DNA of 64,000 nt from Thermodesulfovibrionales bacterium (lineage in GTDB: Bacteria > Nitrospirota > Thermodesulfovibrionia > Thermodesulfovibrionales > SM23-35). A program made the position numbers and the translations under genes. The DNA is taken from contig OY970295.1 of NCBI GenBank assembly GCA_963716185.1, positions 15,864-79,863 of the forward strand, written 5' to 3'. A model generated the notes under the pieces. That model saw only the letters and a program-made list of their open reading frames with translations. It was not told the DNA's origin and made no database searches. Of the stretch, positions 23,719-34,695 are shown one piece after another (positions within the stretch are counted from its first letter, which is position 1; the number at the start of each line of letters is the position of its first letter).

Positions 23719-23940
23719 TTAGTCAGTCGTACTTCTTTCCGACTCACGCAACCGATGCGCTTCCATTGCGTCCGATACAATCAGCAGTAGTTCATTAAAG
23801 TGAAAAGGTTTCAATATATAATCAAACGCACCCACCTTTTTTGCTTCAACAGCGACCTCAACACTACCACACGCCGTCATTATAATTCCGACAAGTGATG
23901 GGTTTATTTCTAATACAGCCTTTAGCAGTTCGATACCATC
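23719..23940 (-). pseudogene. response-regulator receiver fragment
   Basis: Startless frame DGIELLKAV...IIMTACGSVEVAVEAKKVGAFDYILKPF. Confidence 0.75.
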
Positions 23941-24496
23941 ACTTCTTACAGGTCATGTCTTGAAATCACATCTTTCTTACCTAATATCATTTTTGATCTT
24001 TTCAAGGAGATATTCAATCCTACCTTAGTAGTGGAAAGAAAAATTATTTATTACTGCTTGTAATGTTGTGTTCGGCGACAAATTTTAAAAACATTCTTTC
24101 AGGAAGCAGTCGAAAAATTGATCGAACCTCGACGGAGCAGGGCATCAGGTTACTTTGCCTCAAGAGTACAGTGCGTAACACGAGAACCGGAGTGCTGTCT
24201 CGACTTCCATCAGATCTCTCCTTAAGTCTTGCGTCTGATACCGGCAGAGAATTATGTATCGTTTGACCAGAAATGGTGATCACGGGTATAGGTATTAGAA
24301 GGCTACAGTAATGTCGTTCCCGTTCGTCGGGGAATCTTTCTAAAAAACGTAGTAGGATTGAGGCAAGCGGCAAGCCGCAATGACGGAAGGTGATAAGAAC
24401 GTCGCTTTACTAATGACCGTCTTATTACGTTCTATTTTGTTATGATAAGAGGATAAAAATTATTAAGAGCGATTAATAAATCAGAAAGGAAATATT

Positions 24497-24943
24497 ATGA
24501 GGATTTTGAGCATTGCTTTATTTTCGATTCTATTGGCTGCGTCAACGGTTATTGCAGGATTCACTTTAAAAAGCGGCGTGTACCGCATGAACGAACTGGA
24601 TGCAGCTAAATCGGACGCGCTTTCCGGAAGAAAGACAATAGCGTTCCTCTATGCCGACGAAAACACCTTCTGTACACAATGTATAAGCGCCAGTCTGCAA
24701 GCGATGGAAACACTGTCAGGTAGTTGCGTTGTGGTATACGTCAACAAATCCGATGCGACTAAACTACCCAGACAGGTGAAGAATGCACTCCGCTCCCCCG
24801 AGGCAGGCAAGTACATTCCAGCAATTGTCGTTATGAGTTACGATCTCAAGAAAGTGATTGCCATTGTGCCTTTTGCCCGGGGCGACGCTTACAAGAAGCT
24901 ACTGTCCGAGGCAAAGGAAAAGATTTTATCATATGGAAAATGA
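24497..24943 (+). CDS. exported thioredoxin-like hypothetical protein
   Basis: Signal peptide, CTQC motif, YIP cis-Pro-like segment; RBS AAGGA. Confidence 0.55.
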   Translation: MRILSIALFSILLAASTVIAGFTLKSGVYRMNELDAAKSDALSGRKTIAFLYADENTFCTQCISASLQAMETLSGSCVVVYVNKSDATKLPRQVKNALRSPEAGKYIPAIVVMSYDLKKVIAIVPFARGDAYKKLLSEAKEKILSYGK

Positions 24944-25167
24944 GATCGGAATCGCGGCCATCGCTGTGAACAGCCATGGAAAGTAAACTTATATTGCAAG
25001 ACTTGACCCATTGAATTTGTTGAATTTGCGGTACCTGATCCTTTCGTATAGATTTTTAAATGAGGCAACGAATCTGTTTCATATAGATTTTTGATGAGGC
25101 AATGCGTTTCCTTGACTCGTAGGGCATGCTTTGCTATTATCTGGTTAGGGATCTGGTGGAGGTCTTC

Positions 25168-26370
25168 ATGAAATCTTATAAATCGATATTATCCCTAATT
25201 GTCCTTTCGGTTCTCTTCGTAGGTGTTTTCTCTCACCTCTCATTCGCGGACTCCTTAGACAACTGGCATGTTAGGGATAATCCAGCTCAAAGTGGTACCT
25301 TGAATGCCATAACTTACGGGAATGGGCTCTTTGTCGCTGTGGGAGATAACGGAACAATTCTTACTTCAACTGATGGCATAATCTGGGCCGCAGGGAACTC
25401 GGGAACTAGGGTATCACTTCGAGGTATAACTTATGGCAATGGTACCTTTATTGCTGTGGGTTCACCTGGGACGATTATTACCTCGCCTGACGGGGTGAAC
25501 TGGACTATCAGACAATTTGGAACTTATTACGGGTTTGACGGGGTGATTTATGGAAATGGCACTTTCCTCGCTTTGAGAAATCCGGGAACAACATATAGTT
25601 CAAGCAATGGAATTAATTGGAGTCTCAATAATATAGAAGGGGATAGTGGTTTAATTAACGGTTATAGTGATTTTATGTTTTTTGGTTTAACTTTCGGCAA
25701 AAGCAATTTTGTCATTGTTGGGGGATGGCAAGATGTTCATGTGGGTCTACCGATCTCTATTGAAATAATATTGACCTCATCTGACGGTGTTAATTGGACT
25801 CAAACGTATTCTGGAACTTATCACGAGCTTCATGGAACGACATATGGCAATGGAAATTTCATCGCCGTAGGTCATTCAGGGAGAATTGTCACTTCGCCTG
25901 ACAGTATGAACTGGACAGTGAGACAATCAGGGACTACCGAACTACTTAATGCGGTGGCCTATGGGAATGGCACCTTTGTGGCCGTGGGCACTGGCGGAAC
26001 TATCCTTCAATCAGACCCCTTAAGCGGAAACTGCACTGCCACGTCGTCCAATGATTTATCATTGAATGTTCCAATCTTGATCTATCATGGCCAGCCTTTC
26101 TGGGCTGATTTCCAGGGTGATCCGAATAGCCTCGACATTCAACTCACAAACTTCGGCCTCTTACCTGATCTCGGACCATTTGGTGGCTGCCAACCTTCTT
26201 TATTGTCTCCGGACCTTATACTTCACATACCAACGATCTTATTTGACGGCGTCCCTTTCCTTGCTGATTTCCAGTACAGTCACGACTTACTCCTCCACCT
26301 TACTGGTGCCGGTCAAAGAACTGGCAATACCACCCCTTATCAGGTCTCACACCACGGAAACCTGATATAA
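25168..26370 (+). CDS. secreted BNR/beta-propeller repeat protein
   Basis: Repeated ITYGNG.F.AVG..GTI.TS.DG.NW units; signal peptide; RBS GGAGG. Confidence 0.85.
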   Translation: MKSYKSILSLIVLSVLFVGVFSHLSFADSLDNWHVRDNPAQSGTLNAITYGNGLFVAVGDNGTILTSTDGIIWAAGNSGTRVSLRGITYGNGTFIAVGSPGTIITSPDGVNWTIRQFGTYYGFDGVIYGNGTFLALRNPGTTYSSSNGINWSLNNIEGDSGLINGYSDFMFFGLTFGKSNFVIVGGWQDVHVGLPISIEIILTSSDGVNWTQTYSGTYHELHGTTYGNGNFIAVGHSGRIVTSPDSMNWTVRQSGTTELLNAVAYGNGTFVAVGTGGTILQSDPLSGNCTATSSNDLSLNVPILIYHGQPFWADFQGDPNSLDIQLTNFGLLPDLGPFGGCQPSLLSPDLILHIPTILFDGVPFLADFQYSHDLLLHLTGAGQRTGNTTPYQVSHHGNLI

Positions 26371-26417
26371 TTGTGTTGAGTATAATCGGTAATGTTTGAT
26401 TTTCACGGAGTGGATGA

Positions 26418-26819
26418 TTGGAAAAAAGAAGAATTATCGGGATACTGACTGTCTTAATTGCTTTTCCTTATCTATTCTTATCCATTGTTTTGATAGGTCG
26501 GTATGACTTTCCTATAAATCATTGGTTCGTTCTTGAAAAGTTATCAATTGTTGTATTCGGGATTATTGGAGGGGTCTTGTTATGGAATGGACGAAGGATA
26601 GGTTATATTCTATCTATTATTGCTTGGATGATCATTTTCAAGGAAAGTAGCTTAAGTCTTTATCATTTCTATTTCGGCAAAGGACATCTTGAGGCAAATG
26701 CTCTTCTCAAACGGATATGGCGTAATTATGCTTTATTACAGGTAATCCCAAGTATACTGATTGTGTTTATCCTAATTCGGGATTTAATTACTTCTTCAAA
26801 AATTCAAAGAAATAATTAA
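26418..26819 (+). CDS. hypothetical membrane protein
   Basis: About four hydrophobic segments; TTG start with GGAG RBS. Confidence 0.6.
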   Translation: MEKRRIIGILTVLIAFPYLFLSIVLIGRYDFPINHWFVLEKLSIVVFGIIGGVLLWNGRRIGYILSIIAWMIIFKESSLSLYHFYFGKGHLEANALLKRIWRNYALLQVIPSILIVFILIRDLITSSKIQRNN

Positions 26820-27078
26820 TTTTTGAATGAATAGCTGATCTTTCATAAAACCTTCTTCCTCTTCTAAGGAAATTGAACCCGAGAGATGAATGTTTCAACA
26901 GGGATTTCACAAAAAAAATCCCGTAAGAATTATTTGATTTGTATTAATATGCATATTCTATATATTAATAAAAATAACAACGTTATATAGAATTTTAAGC
27001 CTTCTATCAGCAGTTTTTCGGCAAAATTCATTGACAATCGCCCCGCAAAATTATAATCTCTTAAACAAATATAGAATA

Positions 27079-27099
27079 CGCTTTAAAATAATGTTAGAC
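27079..27099 (+). other. attI-like integron recombination site
   Basis: CGCTTTAAAATAATGTTAGAC resembles the attI1 simple site CGCCCTAAAACAAAGTTAGGC (as recalled); TTGACA/TATAAT hexamers at 27031-27057. Confidence 0.45.
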
Positions 27100-27125
27100 C
27101 AACAAAAATATAAGAAAAGAGGCAT

Positions 27126-27763
27126 ATGTTGAAACGTAGATTTTCAGAGCGCCTGGGTCTTTCTGGGCATATTCAAACGATCCAAATAGAGGAAATGAAT
27201 GATGCTCTTCGGAATTCCTTAGTGAACACGACTATTGGATACCTGTTGCAAAATGGGTTGCTCAGTTTTTTTTAAAAATTCCGGTGGATGAACTTCCATA
27301 CCAAGATTATCGTTGCAGAAATTGGCTCAAAGAGCATTTTTACAGACTGACATGGTACGAGGTTTATGATTTTATTGAGTTCATAGTAGACCATCATGAA
27401 AACATGGTTCGATACTCGTCATATCGGAGAGACGAATTGGAAGAACTCAGTTGTTCTGTCTTTGGGCACATATGTCCCGTGTTCTTTTCGGCCGAGCCCT
27501 TTACAGAAACGAAGGAGGATCGGCGAATTAGTCGTAATATTCCGCGCGACGTTATGCTCAAAGTAGTACGCCGCGACGGTCAGGTGTGTCGTGCCTGCCA
27601 CAAAAACGTTTCTGATGACAAAATCGAGTTTGACCACGTCATTCCTCATTCTCGCGGCGGACCTACTACACCAGAGAACCTTAGAATTCTATGCCGAGAA
27701 TGCAATCGTAAGAAGAGTGAGGCGCTCAAGGAGATATTGGCCGATGATCCGTTGCGTAAGTAG
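27126..27763 (+). pseudogene. chimeric remnant: AbiJ-N-terminal-like fragment fused to an HNH endonuclease C-terminus
   Basis: MLKRRFSERLG..IQIEEMNDALRNSL, frameshift, KIPVDELP...WYEVYDFIEF, then RDGQVCRAC..EFDHVIPHSRGG...NLRILCRECN. Confidence 0.65.
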
Positions 27764-27816
27764 GCCCTCAACCCGGACGCACAAAAGCGGCGCGCCGGTT
27801 AGTTGTTTCATTAACC
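27754..27816 (+). other. degenerate attC-like site
   Basis: CTCAACCCGG...CCGGTTAG imperfect palindrome right after the HNH stop; outer core boxes are degenerate. Confidence 0.5.
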
Positions 27817-27955
27817 GTTTACTTTTACCGTTAATCAACACTTTTTCCGCATTGTAAAAAATACACGATTGATCTAAATGGGTGTCCTCTAAATGGGTGT
27901 AGGTGTAACCTTGTGCCAACGGCAAGAGCATATGAGTTGAAAATTACGGGAGCTT

Positions 27956-28660
27956 ATGACCGCGCAGATAATACGTACAAAATTACAAAAGCTCGCTAAC
28001 AAAGACAAGGCAAAAATCCTCCAGGTTTTTTTTAAGACCGGGCCGGGGGAATACGGGGAAGGAGACATTTTTCTCGGCATCAATGTGCCGGCGCTCAGGA
28101 AGCTGTCAAAAGAGCATGATGGTATCCCGTTGAATGAAACGGTGCAACTCCTCAAGTCCCCGGTCCATGAAGAACGTTTGCTTGCCCTCCTGCTGCTTGT
28201 CCGTGCCTTTTCAAAGGGTAATGAAGCTCTCCAAAAGAAGATTTGCGACCTTTACCTTAAGCACGCCAGGTATATCAACAACTGGGACCTCGTTGACCTG
28301 ACTGCGCCGAATATTGTAGGGACGTACCTCTTGGACAAGAGCAGAAATCCGCTTTATGCGCTTGCGAAATCGAATGATCTCTGGAAGCGCAGGATCGCGA
28401 TCCTGGCTACGTTTTCGTTCATCAGGCAGGGCGATTTTGATGATACACTTAAAATTTCAAACACCCTTCTCACTGATGAGCATGACCTGATTCATAAGGC
28501 TATAGGCTGGATGCTGCGCGAGGTCGGCAAAAGGTCGCTGGTGACCGAGGAGCGGTTCCTGCAACAGCATTACAAGAAGATGCCGCGGACCATGCTCCGG
28601 TATGCGATTGAGCGGTTCCCGGAAGCGAAGAGGAAGAAATATCTGAATGGCGCAATGTGA
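27956..28660 (+). CDS. DNA alkylation repair protein (AlkD-like)
   Basis: FFKTGPGEYGEGD, NNWDLVD, KAIGWMLREVGK, MPRTMLRYAIE. Confidence 0.92.
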   Translation: MTAQIIRTKLQKLANKDKAKILQVFFKTGPGEYGEGDIFLGINVPALRKLSKEHDGIPLNETVQLLKSPVHEERLLALLLLVRAFSKGNEALQKKICDLYLKHARYINNWDLVDLTAPNIVGTYLLDKSRNPLYALAKSNDLWKRRIAILATFSFIRQGDFDDTLKISNTLLTDEHDLIHKAIGWMLREVGKRSLVTEERFLQQHYKKMPRTMLRYAIERFPEAKRKKYLNGAM

Positions 28661-28722
28661 CGCGTCTCTTTGATTCCTCTAAACGCGGTCTTTATTTTAT
28701 CCGTTAATTTAGTTTTACAAGT

Positions 28723-29259
28723 CTACTTTTTTATTATCTCTTTGTAGCACTGGGAATTGCGGATATTGTCAAGGTCCTTATCTTTCTTTGCACTGTCCCA
28801 ATCTTTGAACCCGTTATCCACACTTTTTCTTAACTCTTCGCAGGCCCTTACAGAATATATACAAGCCATATTGTAATAGGGGTAGGGATTCTTTGGGTTC
28901 AGCTCAATGGTTTTTCTGTAGTCGGCAATAGCTTCATCATAATGTCCTTTTGCATAATAGGCATTCCCACGGTTGAAGTAAGCAGCCTCATATCTCGGAC
29001 TCGCCTTAATTGCTGTGGCGTAATCGGCAATCGCTTGGTCATATTGTCCTTTCCCGGCATAGGCAATCCCACGGTTTGCATAAGCGATGCCCACGTCACG
29101 CACTTCTGTCTCACGGTTTATTTGTCTTGTGCACTCTGTAATTGCCTCGTCATATTTCTTTTTCTCAATATACTCATAGCACAGATCTTTTGCATAACAT
29201 ACGGAAGTAGCCGAAAGCATAAATATCAAGATAAATAAAACAATGCATTTTGATCTCAT
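28723..29259 (-). CDS. exported TPR protein
   Basis: AY.NRG.AY..KG.YD.AIADY repeats; signal peptide. Confidence 0.88.
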   Translation of the reverse strand: MRSKCIVLFILIFMLSATSVCYAKDLCYEYIEKKKYDEAITECTRQINRETEVRDVGIAYANRGIAYAGKGQYDQAIADYATAIKASPRYEAAYFNRGNAYYAKGHYDEAIADYRKTIELNPKNPYPYYNMACIYSVRACEELRKSVDNGFKDWDSAKKDKDLDNIRNSQCYKEIIKK

Positions 29260-29506
29260 AAAACTCTCCACGAAAGAAATATTTCCTAACAGCATATCAA
29301 AAACGGATATGAACAGACAAGCAGGAAAATCAGAAGGTTTTGATATGAATAATGTAAATTATCGAATTATTAACAGTCTCATATAATAACGACATAGATG
29401 ATCCGCTCTCCCTAACCCTCTCCCACCAAGAGAGAAGGAACTCCCTATTGTCCCCTCCATTGACACTAATGAGAGTCTGTCCATAAAGTCGACCATTTTG
29501 CGTTTA

Positions 29507-31026
29507 CTTTGCAGTTGCATAAATTATGAAGAACAACTATGAAAAACTTCTCGTAAAACGGCCTCCTTATTGGTTAAAATTGAAATTGCGAATTTTAAAA
29601 TCAACCAAACAGGAGGCCACTGAAAGTGAAATATAGTAAAGCACAAATTCTCTCCCGTGTCCACAAAATTCCTGAACTTCGTTTCGAGGACCAACGGCTT
29701 ACGTCTTTTGCCGGAACTGTGATAATTCAGAAGTTGTTTTCTAATCTTAATCTGAAAGCCCGGCTCCGTGCATGTTTTGATCATCTGCCGATAAGCCCGA
29801 TATATGGCAATCATATTATTGCTCTGGTATTGATTGTACATTTGATGCTTGGATACCGGCGCCTCCGGGACATGGATTACTATCGTGATGACCTAATGAT
29901 ACTTCGTCTTTTGGGTCTCAAAAGGATTCCGGATGTTTCGACAATCAGCAGGGCCTTGGCCAACGTTGATGACAAAAGCATAATTAAAATTCGGCAGGCG
30001 TGCCGGGAGATGCTTCTTGCAAGACTTAATGCCCTTGGTGTGGCACGGGTCACACTTGATTTTGACGGCTCTGTTTTGAGCACGGGACGAATGGCGGAAG
30101 GTACAGCGGTGGGCTTTAACAAACAAAAGAAAGGACAAAGGAGTTATTATCCTTTGTTCTGCACGATAGCTCAGACAGGCCAGGTCTTCGATGTGCTTCC
30201 CCGCTCGGGCAATGTCCATGACTCCAATGGTGCCTTGCAATTCATGCAGAAGTGCGTGCGCATTATTCGCGCCGCCTGCCCCGGCATTATCATCGAGGTA
30301 CGCATGGACAGTGCCTTCTTCAGCGACGAGATTGTCAAAGCACTTGATGCTGAGGGTATCGAGTTTACGATATCGGTGCCGTTCGAGAGGTTTGCCGAGC
30401 TTAAGGGTATGATTCAGGGGCGGAGACGCTGGCGCTATTTCAATCGGGAGTTTTCGTATTTCGATACTCAGTGGAAACCCAAGAAGTGGGACAACCGCTT
30501 CCGGTTTCTCTTTATCAGGCACAAGGTCAAAAAGCAGTCTAAAGAGCTTGTCCAACTCGATCTATTCATTCCCCATGAGCACGGATATGAGTTCAAGGTA
30601 ATCGTCACAAATAAGAAGACTACTATGAAGAAGGTCTTGTATTTTCATAATGGACGTGGGTCTCAGGAAAATACTTTCAGCGAATTGAAATCCCAGTGCA
30701 ATCTGGATTATGTCGCTGTCAGACGGCTTTGCGGCAATCACCTTTATATGATGTCGGCAATCCTCGCGCACAATCTGTTTCGGGAACTCCATATGATGGT
30801 GCATGAAAGAAACAGGGGAACCACCGAGAAACGAACCGCGCTATGGGAATTTACGGAAGCCAATACCCTCAGAAAGACGCTGTTGCAGAGAGCTGGGCGC
30901 CTTACTAACTCTGGAGGCACACTGACGCTCACAATGAGCGGCAATCAAACAGTCAAAAAGGGGGTTTTGCATTATCTTGAACGTCTCAAGCGTGCTGCTT
31001 GACCTAAATTTAATGCAACGTTAGGG
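29507..31026 (+). mobile_element. IS1380-family insertion sequence
   Basis: Imperfect TIRs CTTTGCAGTTGCATAAATT / CCCTAACGTTGCATTAAATT; 4-bp TSD TTTA. Confidence 0.8.
29626..31002 (+). CDS. IS1380-family transposase
   Basis: LTSFAG, TLDFDGS, YYPL, RSGNVH, VRMDSAF, HNGRGSQENTFSELK. Confidence 0.93.
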   Translation: MKYSKAQILSRVHKIPELRFEDQRLTSFAGTVIIQKLFSNLNLKARLRACFDHLPISPIYGNHIIALVLIVHLMLGYRRLRDMDYYRDDLMILRLLGLKRIPDVSTISRALANVDDKSIIKIRQACREMLLARLNALGVARVTLDFDGSVLSTGRMAEGTAVGFNKQKKGQRSYYPLFCTIAQTGQVFDVLPRSGNVHDSNGALQFMQKCVRIIRAACPGIIIEVRMDSAFFSDEIVKALDAEGIEFTISVPFERFAELKGMIQGRRRWRYFNREFSYFDTQWKPKKWDNRFRFLFIRHKVKKQSKELVQLDLFIPHEHGYEFKVIVTNKKTTMKKVLYFHNGRGSQENTFSELKSQCNLDYVAVRRLCGNHLYMMSAILAHNLFRELHMMVHERNRGTTEKRTALWEFTEANTLRKTLLQRAGRLTNSGGTLTLTMSGNQTVKKGVLHYLERLKRAA

Positions 31027-31149
31027 TTTATATGTCATTCCGGCTTGTCCGGAATCTTTCTTCGCCTTTTCTCGGAAGGATTCCCGACACGCTTCGCTTG
31101 CGGGAATGACAAGATTTCCAAACCGTAACAAACAATTTACGGACAGACT

Positions 31150-32663
31150 CTAATGAGTCAATATCTGACTGGCGTTCCAGCCGCCGCCGAGGGCCTTGAT
31201 AAGGAGCACGGCGGCGGTCATCCTGCGGCTGAGGATATCGACTGCGGTCCTCTCATTATTCAGCGCGGTAGTCTGGGAGACTATCACGTTCAGATAGCTT
31301 ACAGTCCCGGCCTTGTATTGGTTCATGGTGACCGTCACTGTTTGTTGAGCGGCCTTCACCGCGTCATCCTGCGCCCGTGCCTCTTCTTCCAGGATGCGGA
31401 GAGCGGCGAGATTGTCCTCCACTTCCTGGAATGCCGTGAGAACGGTCTGCCGATAGGACGCCACATTAGCGTCATAGGCTGCACGGGCCTGGGCTGTCTG
31501 CGCTTTCCTCAAGCCGCCTTCAAACACGGTTTCTGCTATTGCAGACCCGATCGACCAAAAATGGTTTGGCCAGCTCAGCCACTTCGGCAGATTCGAACTT
31601 TCAAAGCCGCCTGATGCGCTAAGCGTAACCGTTGGATAAAAGGCTGACTCGGCGACGCCTATCTGTGCATTTGCCGCAGCCATATGCCTTTCGGCAGAAG
31701 CGATATCGGGACGGCATTCAAGGAGTTCCGAAGGAACCCCGATTGGTACCGCAGGCGGAAGCATGGTGCGCTGCACAACCGGAATGGAAAAGACCGATGC
31801 GGCTTTTCCGACGAGGGCAGCAATCGCGTGCTCCAGCTGGGCACGCTGTACACCGACATCTATCGCCTGGGCCTGAGTGGTCTTGAGCTGGGTTTCCGCC
31901 TGGAGCACATCCGCTTTTGACGCCACGCCGCTTGCATAGCGGTTCCGGGTCAGTTCAAGAGATTTATTGAAAGCAATGACCGTTTCATCGAGAAGCTGCT
32001 TCTGGGCATCGAGTGCGCGCAACTGAAAGTAGTCCTGTGCCACTTCTGCCTTGGCGCTCAGACGGACCGCCTCCAGGTCAGCGGCACTTGCCTGGGCGCT
32101 TGCCTCTCCCGCCTCAACACCTCAACAGTACGGCGAACACGGCCCCAGACGTCCAGCTCCCAGGAAAAGTCGACAGGCAGTGAGTAGTCCGAAAAGGTGA
32201 CTGTCGAACCGCGACTACCGCCCGTGGCACCGACCCCGCCTGTGTTGCCGGCGATAGTGCTGCTGCCGGCGCTTACAGGTCTCCGGGACCGAGTGAAAGA
32301 GGCGCATGTCGTAATTGTCGGGAAGTACCCCGCCCGGGCAGCATAGACAAGTGCGCGCGCCTGACGGAATTGAGCTTCGGCAACAGCCACGTTCTGATTT
32401 GAGATGTCTACCTGTTCTTCGAGCGCGTTTAACTGCGGGTCATTGAATACTTCCCACCACGTCCCCCTGATAGTCTCATCCTTCGGCTGCGCCTCCTTCC
32501 ATCCTGCTGTCTCTTTGTACGACGCCGGTACCTCTGCTGAAGGCCGCACGTAATTCGGACCTACGGTGCATGCGCTAAATATCACCAGGGACGCTATGAC
32601 TGTAATTAGCCTGATATTATTTGACATCCTCAACATCCAATATGTTGTTTTAAAGTGTAGCAT
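31150..32663 (-). pseudogene. RND outer-membrane factor (NodT/OprM-like lipoprotein), frameshifted near 32110
   Basis: SACTVGPNYVRP, WELDVWGRVRR, PSELLECRPDI, LIKALGGGW split over two frames. Confidence 0.85.
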
Positions 32664-34080
32664 TGTTCACCTTTGATGTACCGCGCTTCCCCCGCTTTTT
32701 TTCGATCCAGAGTCTGAAGCGGTCGAGGTAAAGGTAGACCACCGGCGTGGTATAGAGCGTGAGCATTTGACTGATGATCAGCCCGCCGACTATTGCAAGA
32801 CCGAGGGGCTGGCGAAGCTCAGACCCCACCCCTCTCCCAACCGCCAGTGGCAACGCCCCAAACAGCGCAGCCATCGTTGTCATCATGATCGGCCGGAACC
32901 TTAGAAGACACGCCTGGTAAATGGCATCGACCGGGCTTTTACCCTCTTTCCGTTCTGCCTCAAGGGCAAAGTCTATCATTAGTATCCCGTTCTTTTTCAC
33001 AATACCTATCAAGAGAATAATGCCAATTACAACTATGATGCTCAACTCCGTGCGGAAAAGCATGAGAGCGAGGACCGCGCCCACCCCTGCTGAAGGCAGC
33101 GTAGAGAGAATGGTGACCGGGTGGATATAGCTCTCGTACAATACCCCTAAAACTATGTAGACCGTTATGAGCGCAGCAAGGATCAGGAGCGGTTCGTTCA
33201 CCAGCGAGGCCTTGAACGCCTGGGCCGTGCCCTGGAAGCTACCGGCGATACTTGCCGGAAGACCCATCCGCCTCGTCGCCGCTTCGATCGCATTTACCGC
33301 TTCTCCCAGCGATACATCAGGGGCCATATTGAACGAGGTTGTGACCGCCGGAAATTGTCCCTGACGGTTGATAACCAGAGGTCCTGTAATTTCCTCTGCC
33401 TGAGTGATCGTACTCAACGGAACTTGTCCGCCGTCAATGCTGCGAAGATAAATAGATTGCAGAGCCCCGGGGCCGCGCTGAAAATCAGGCTTAACGGCCA
33501 GGACGGCACGATACTGGTTAAGCTCGGTGAAGATAGTCGACACCTGCCTCTGGCCAAAGGCGTCGTACAGGGTATCGTCGATAAGCTGCGGCGTGATACC
33601 GAGCCGCGAAGCAGTGCTGCGGTCGATCTTGAGGGAGACCCTGAACCCATTGTTCTGTTGATCGCTGCTCACATCGCGCAGCTCGGGTTGTACACGCAGC
33701 TTGTCGATTACCCGGGGGGCCAGATATTCAACTCGTCGGTGTTGGGGTCCTCAAGGGTATATTGATACTGGGTGCGGCTGACCCGGGCATCGACCATAAG
33801 GTCCTGTGCGGGTTGCATAAAGAGTGTGATCCCCCCGACCTTTGCCAGTTCCGGCTGAAGACGCCGGATTACATCGCCCGCGCTCACTTTTCGCTCTTTC
33901 AGCGGCTTCAGGTTGATCAGGATCCGGCCGCTGTTGAGCGTGGTGTTGGTACCATCGATGCCGATGAATGAAGAGAGACTTGAAACCGCAGGGTCCCGAA
34001 GGATCACACCTGCAAGGGCCTGCTGGCGTTCGGCCATTACCCCGAAGGAGACCGATTGGGAGGCCTCAGAGATACCCTGG
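32650..34080 (-). pseudogene. MdtB/MdtC-like RND permease, 5'-truncated and frameshifted
   Basis: [49 protein letters not shown]; only the C-terminal ~45% is present, with a shift near 33715. Confidence 0.88.
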
Positions 34081-34231
34081 AGCAGAGATGAACGAGTCTG
34101 TTACCGCGTTTCGTTCTCCTTTGGTTCTTCAGTCGACATTAGCACTCATCCTGTTCGAAAGTTAAGGACAGGCCTGATGCCGGCCCGATTTTGAAATTTT
34201 GACGGATGCTGTTTATGGACAAGGCATCTGC

Positions 34232-34561
34232 CTATTTAAAGGTCTTCATTATATATTCTGCTATTTCCTTTGCCGCTTTATCCGAAATGGTGCTCTCATC
34301 AAATTTTGTCATGCCCGGACCCGGATTTCTCATGATCTTTATGATGTCTTCAGATGTTTTGACGTTGTTAGCCTCCATATCTTTTTTGTGTAGTGTCTTT
34401 TGCGGGCTGAATACATTGCCTCCGCCGGGATGGCAGACAACACAATGTTCATTAAACTCGGCCTTGCCCGGCTCTTCCTCCGCGGGTTCAGCCGCAAAAC
34501 CTTTCATAACAAATAAACAAACTCCTATTCCCAGAATCGCTCCTCCCAAAACTTTTTTCAT
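34232..34561 (-). CDS. monoheme cytochrome c (c6/c553-like)
   Basis: Signal peptide, CVVCH, axial Met in PGPGMTKF. Confidence 0.9.
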   Translation of the reverse strand: MKKVLGGAILGIGVCLFVMKGFAAEPAEEEPGKAEFNEHCVVCHPGGGNVFSPQKTLHKKDMEANNVKTSEDIIKIMRNPGPGMTKFDESTISDKAAKEIAEYIMKTFK

Positions 34562-34678
34562 GGCGCTTTTCTCCTTTCACACGCATTCTAAATTTGTCTG
34601 TCCCATTGACGCTAACAGAGCAATCCTCCGGCATCCCTGGTGAGTGACCTGTGCCGGAAAATATCAATGCAATTAATA

Positions 34679-34695
34679 AGCAAAAGAAATACCAG
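34679..34695 (-). promoter_or_regulatory. sigma54 -24/-12 promoter for cytochrome c
   Basis: CTGGTATTTCTTTTGCT (GG-N10-GC). Confidence 0.55.

Larger units (their letters stand above)
29473..31150. mobile_element. MITE-like element (about 155 bp net) hosting IS1380
   Basis: TIRs GAGTCTGTCC(A/G)TAAA; flanking TAATGA duplication at 29467-29472 and 31151-31156; internal GTCATTCC...GGAATGAC hairpin. Confidence 0.7.

Noticed and set aside
24044..24373. Overlapping short ORFs on both strands
   Set aside because: No RBS or recognisable motif; probably degraded sequence.
25042..25104. Imperfect 28-bp tandem duplication upstream of the BNR-repeat gene
   Set aside because: There are only two copies with a 6-bp gap, and operator sites cannot be distinguished from a local duplication.
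29893..30555. 220-aa antisense ORF in IS1380, and similar ORFs in IS4, IS630 and groEL
   Set aside because: These are shadow frames of real genes with no independent translation signals.
34139..34165. Second CIRCE-like sequence TTAGCACTC-N9-GAAAGTTAA
   Set aside because: The right arm has three mismatches and no heat-shock gene is adjacent.
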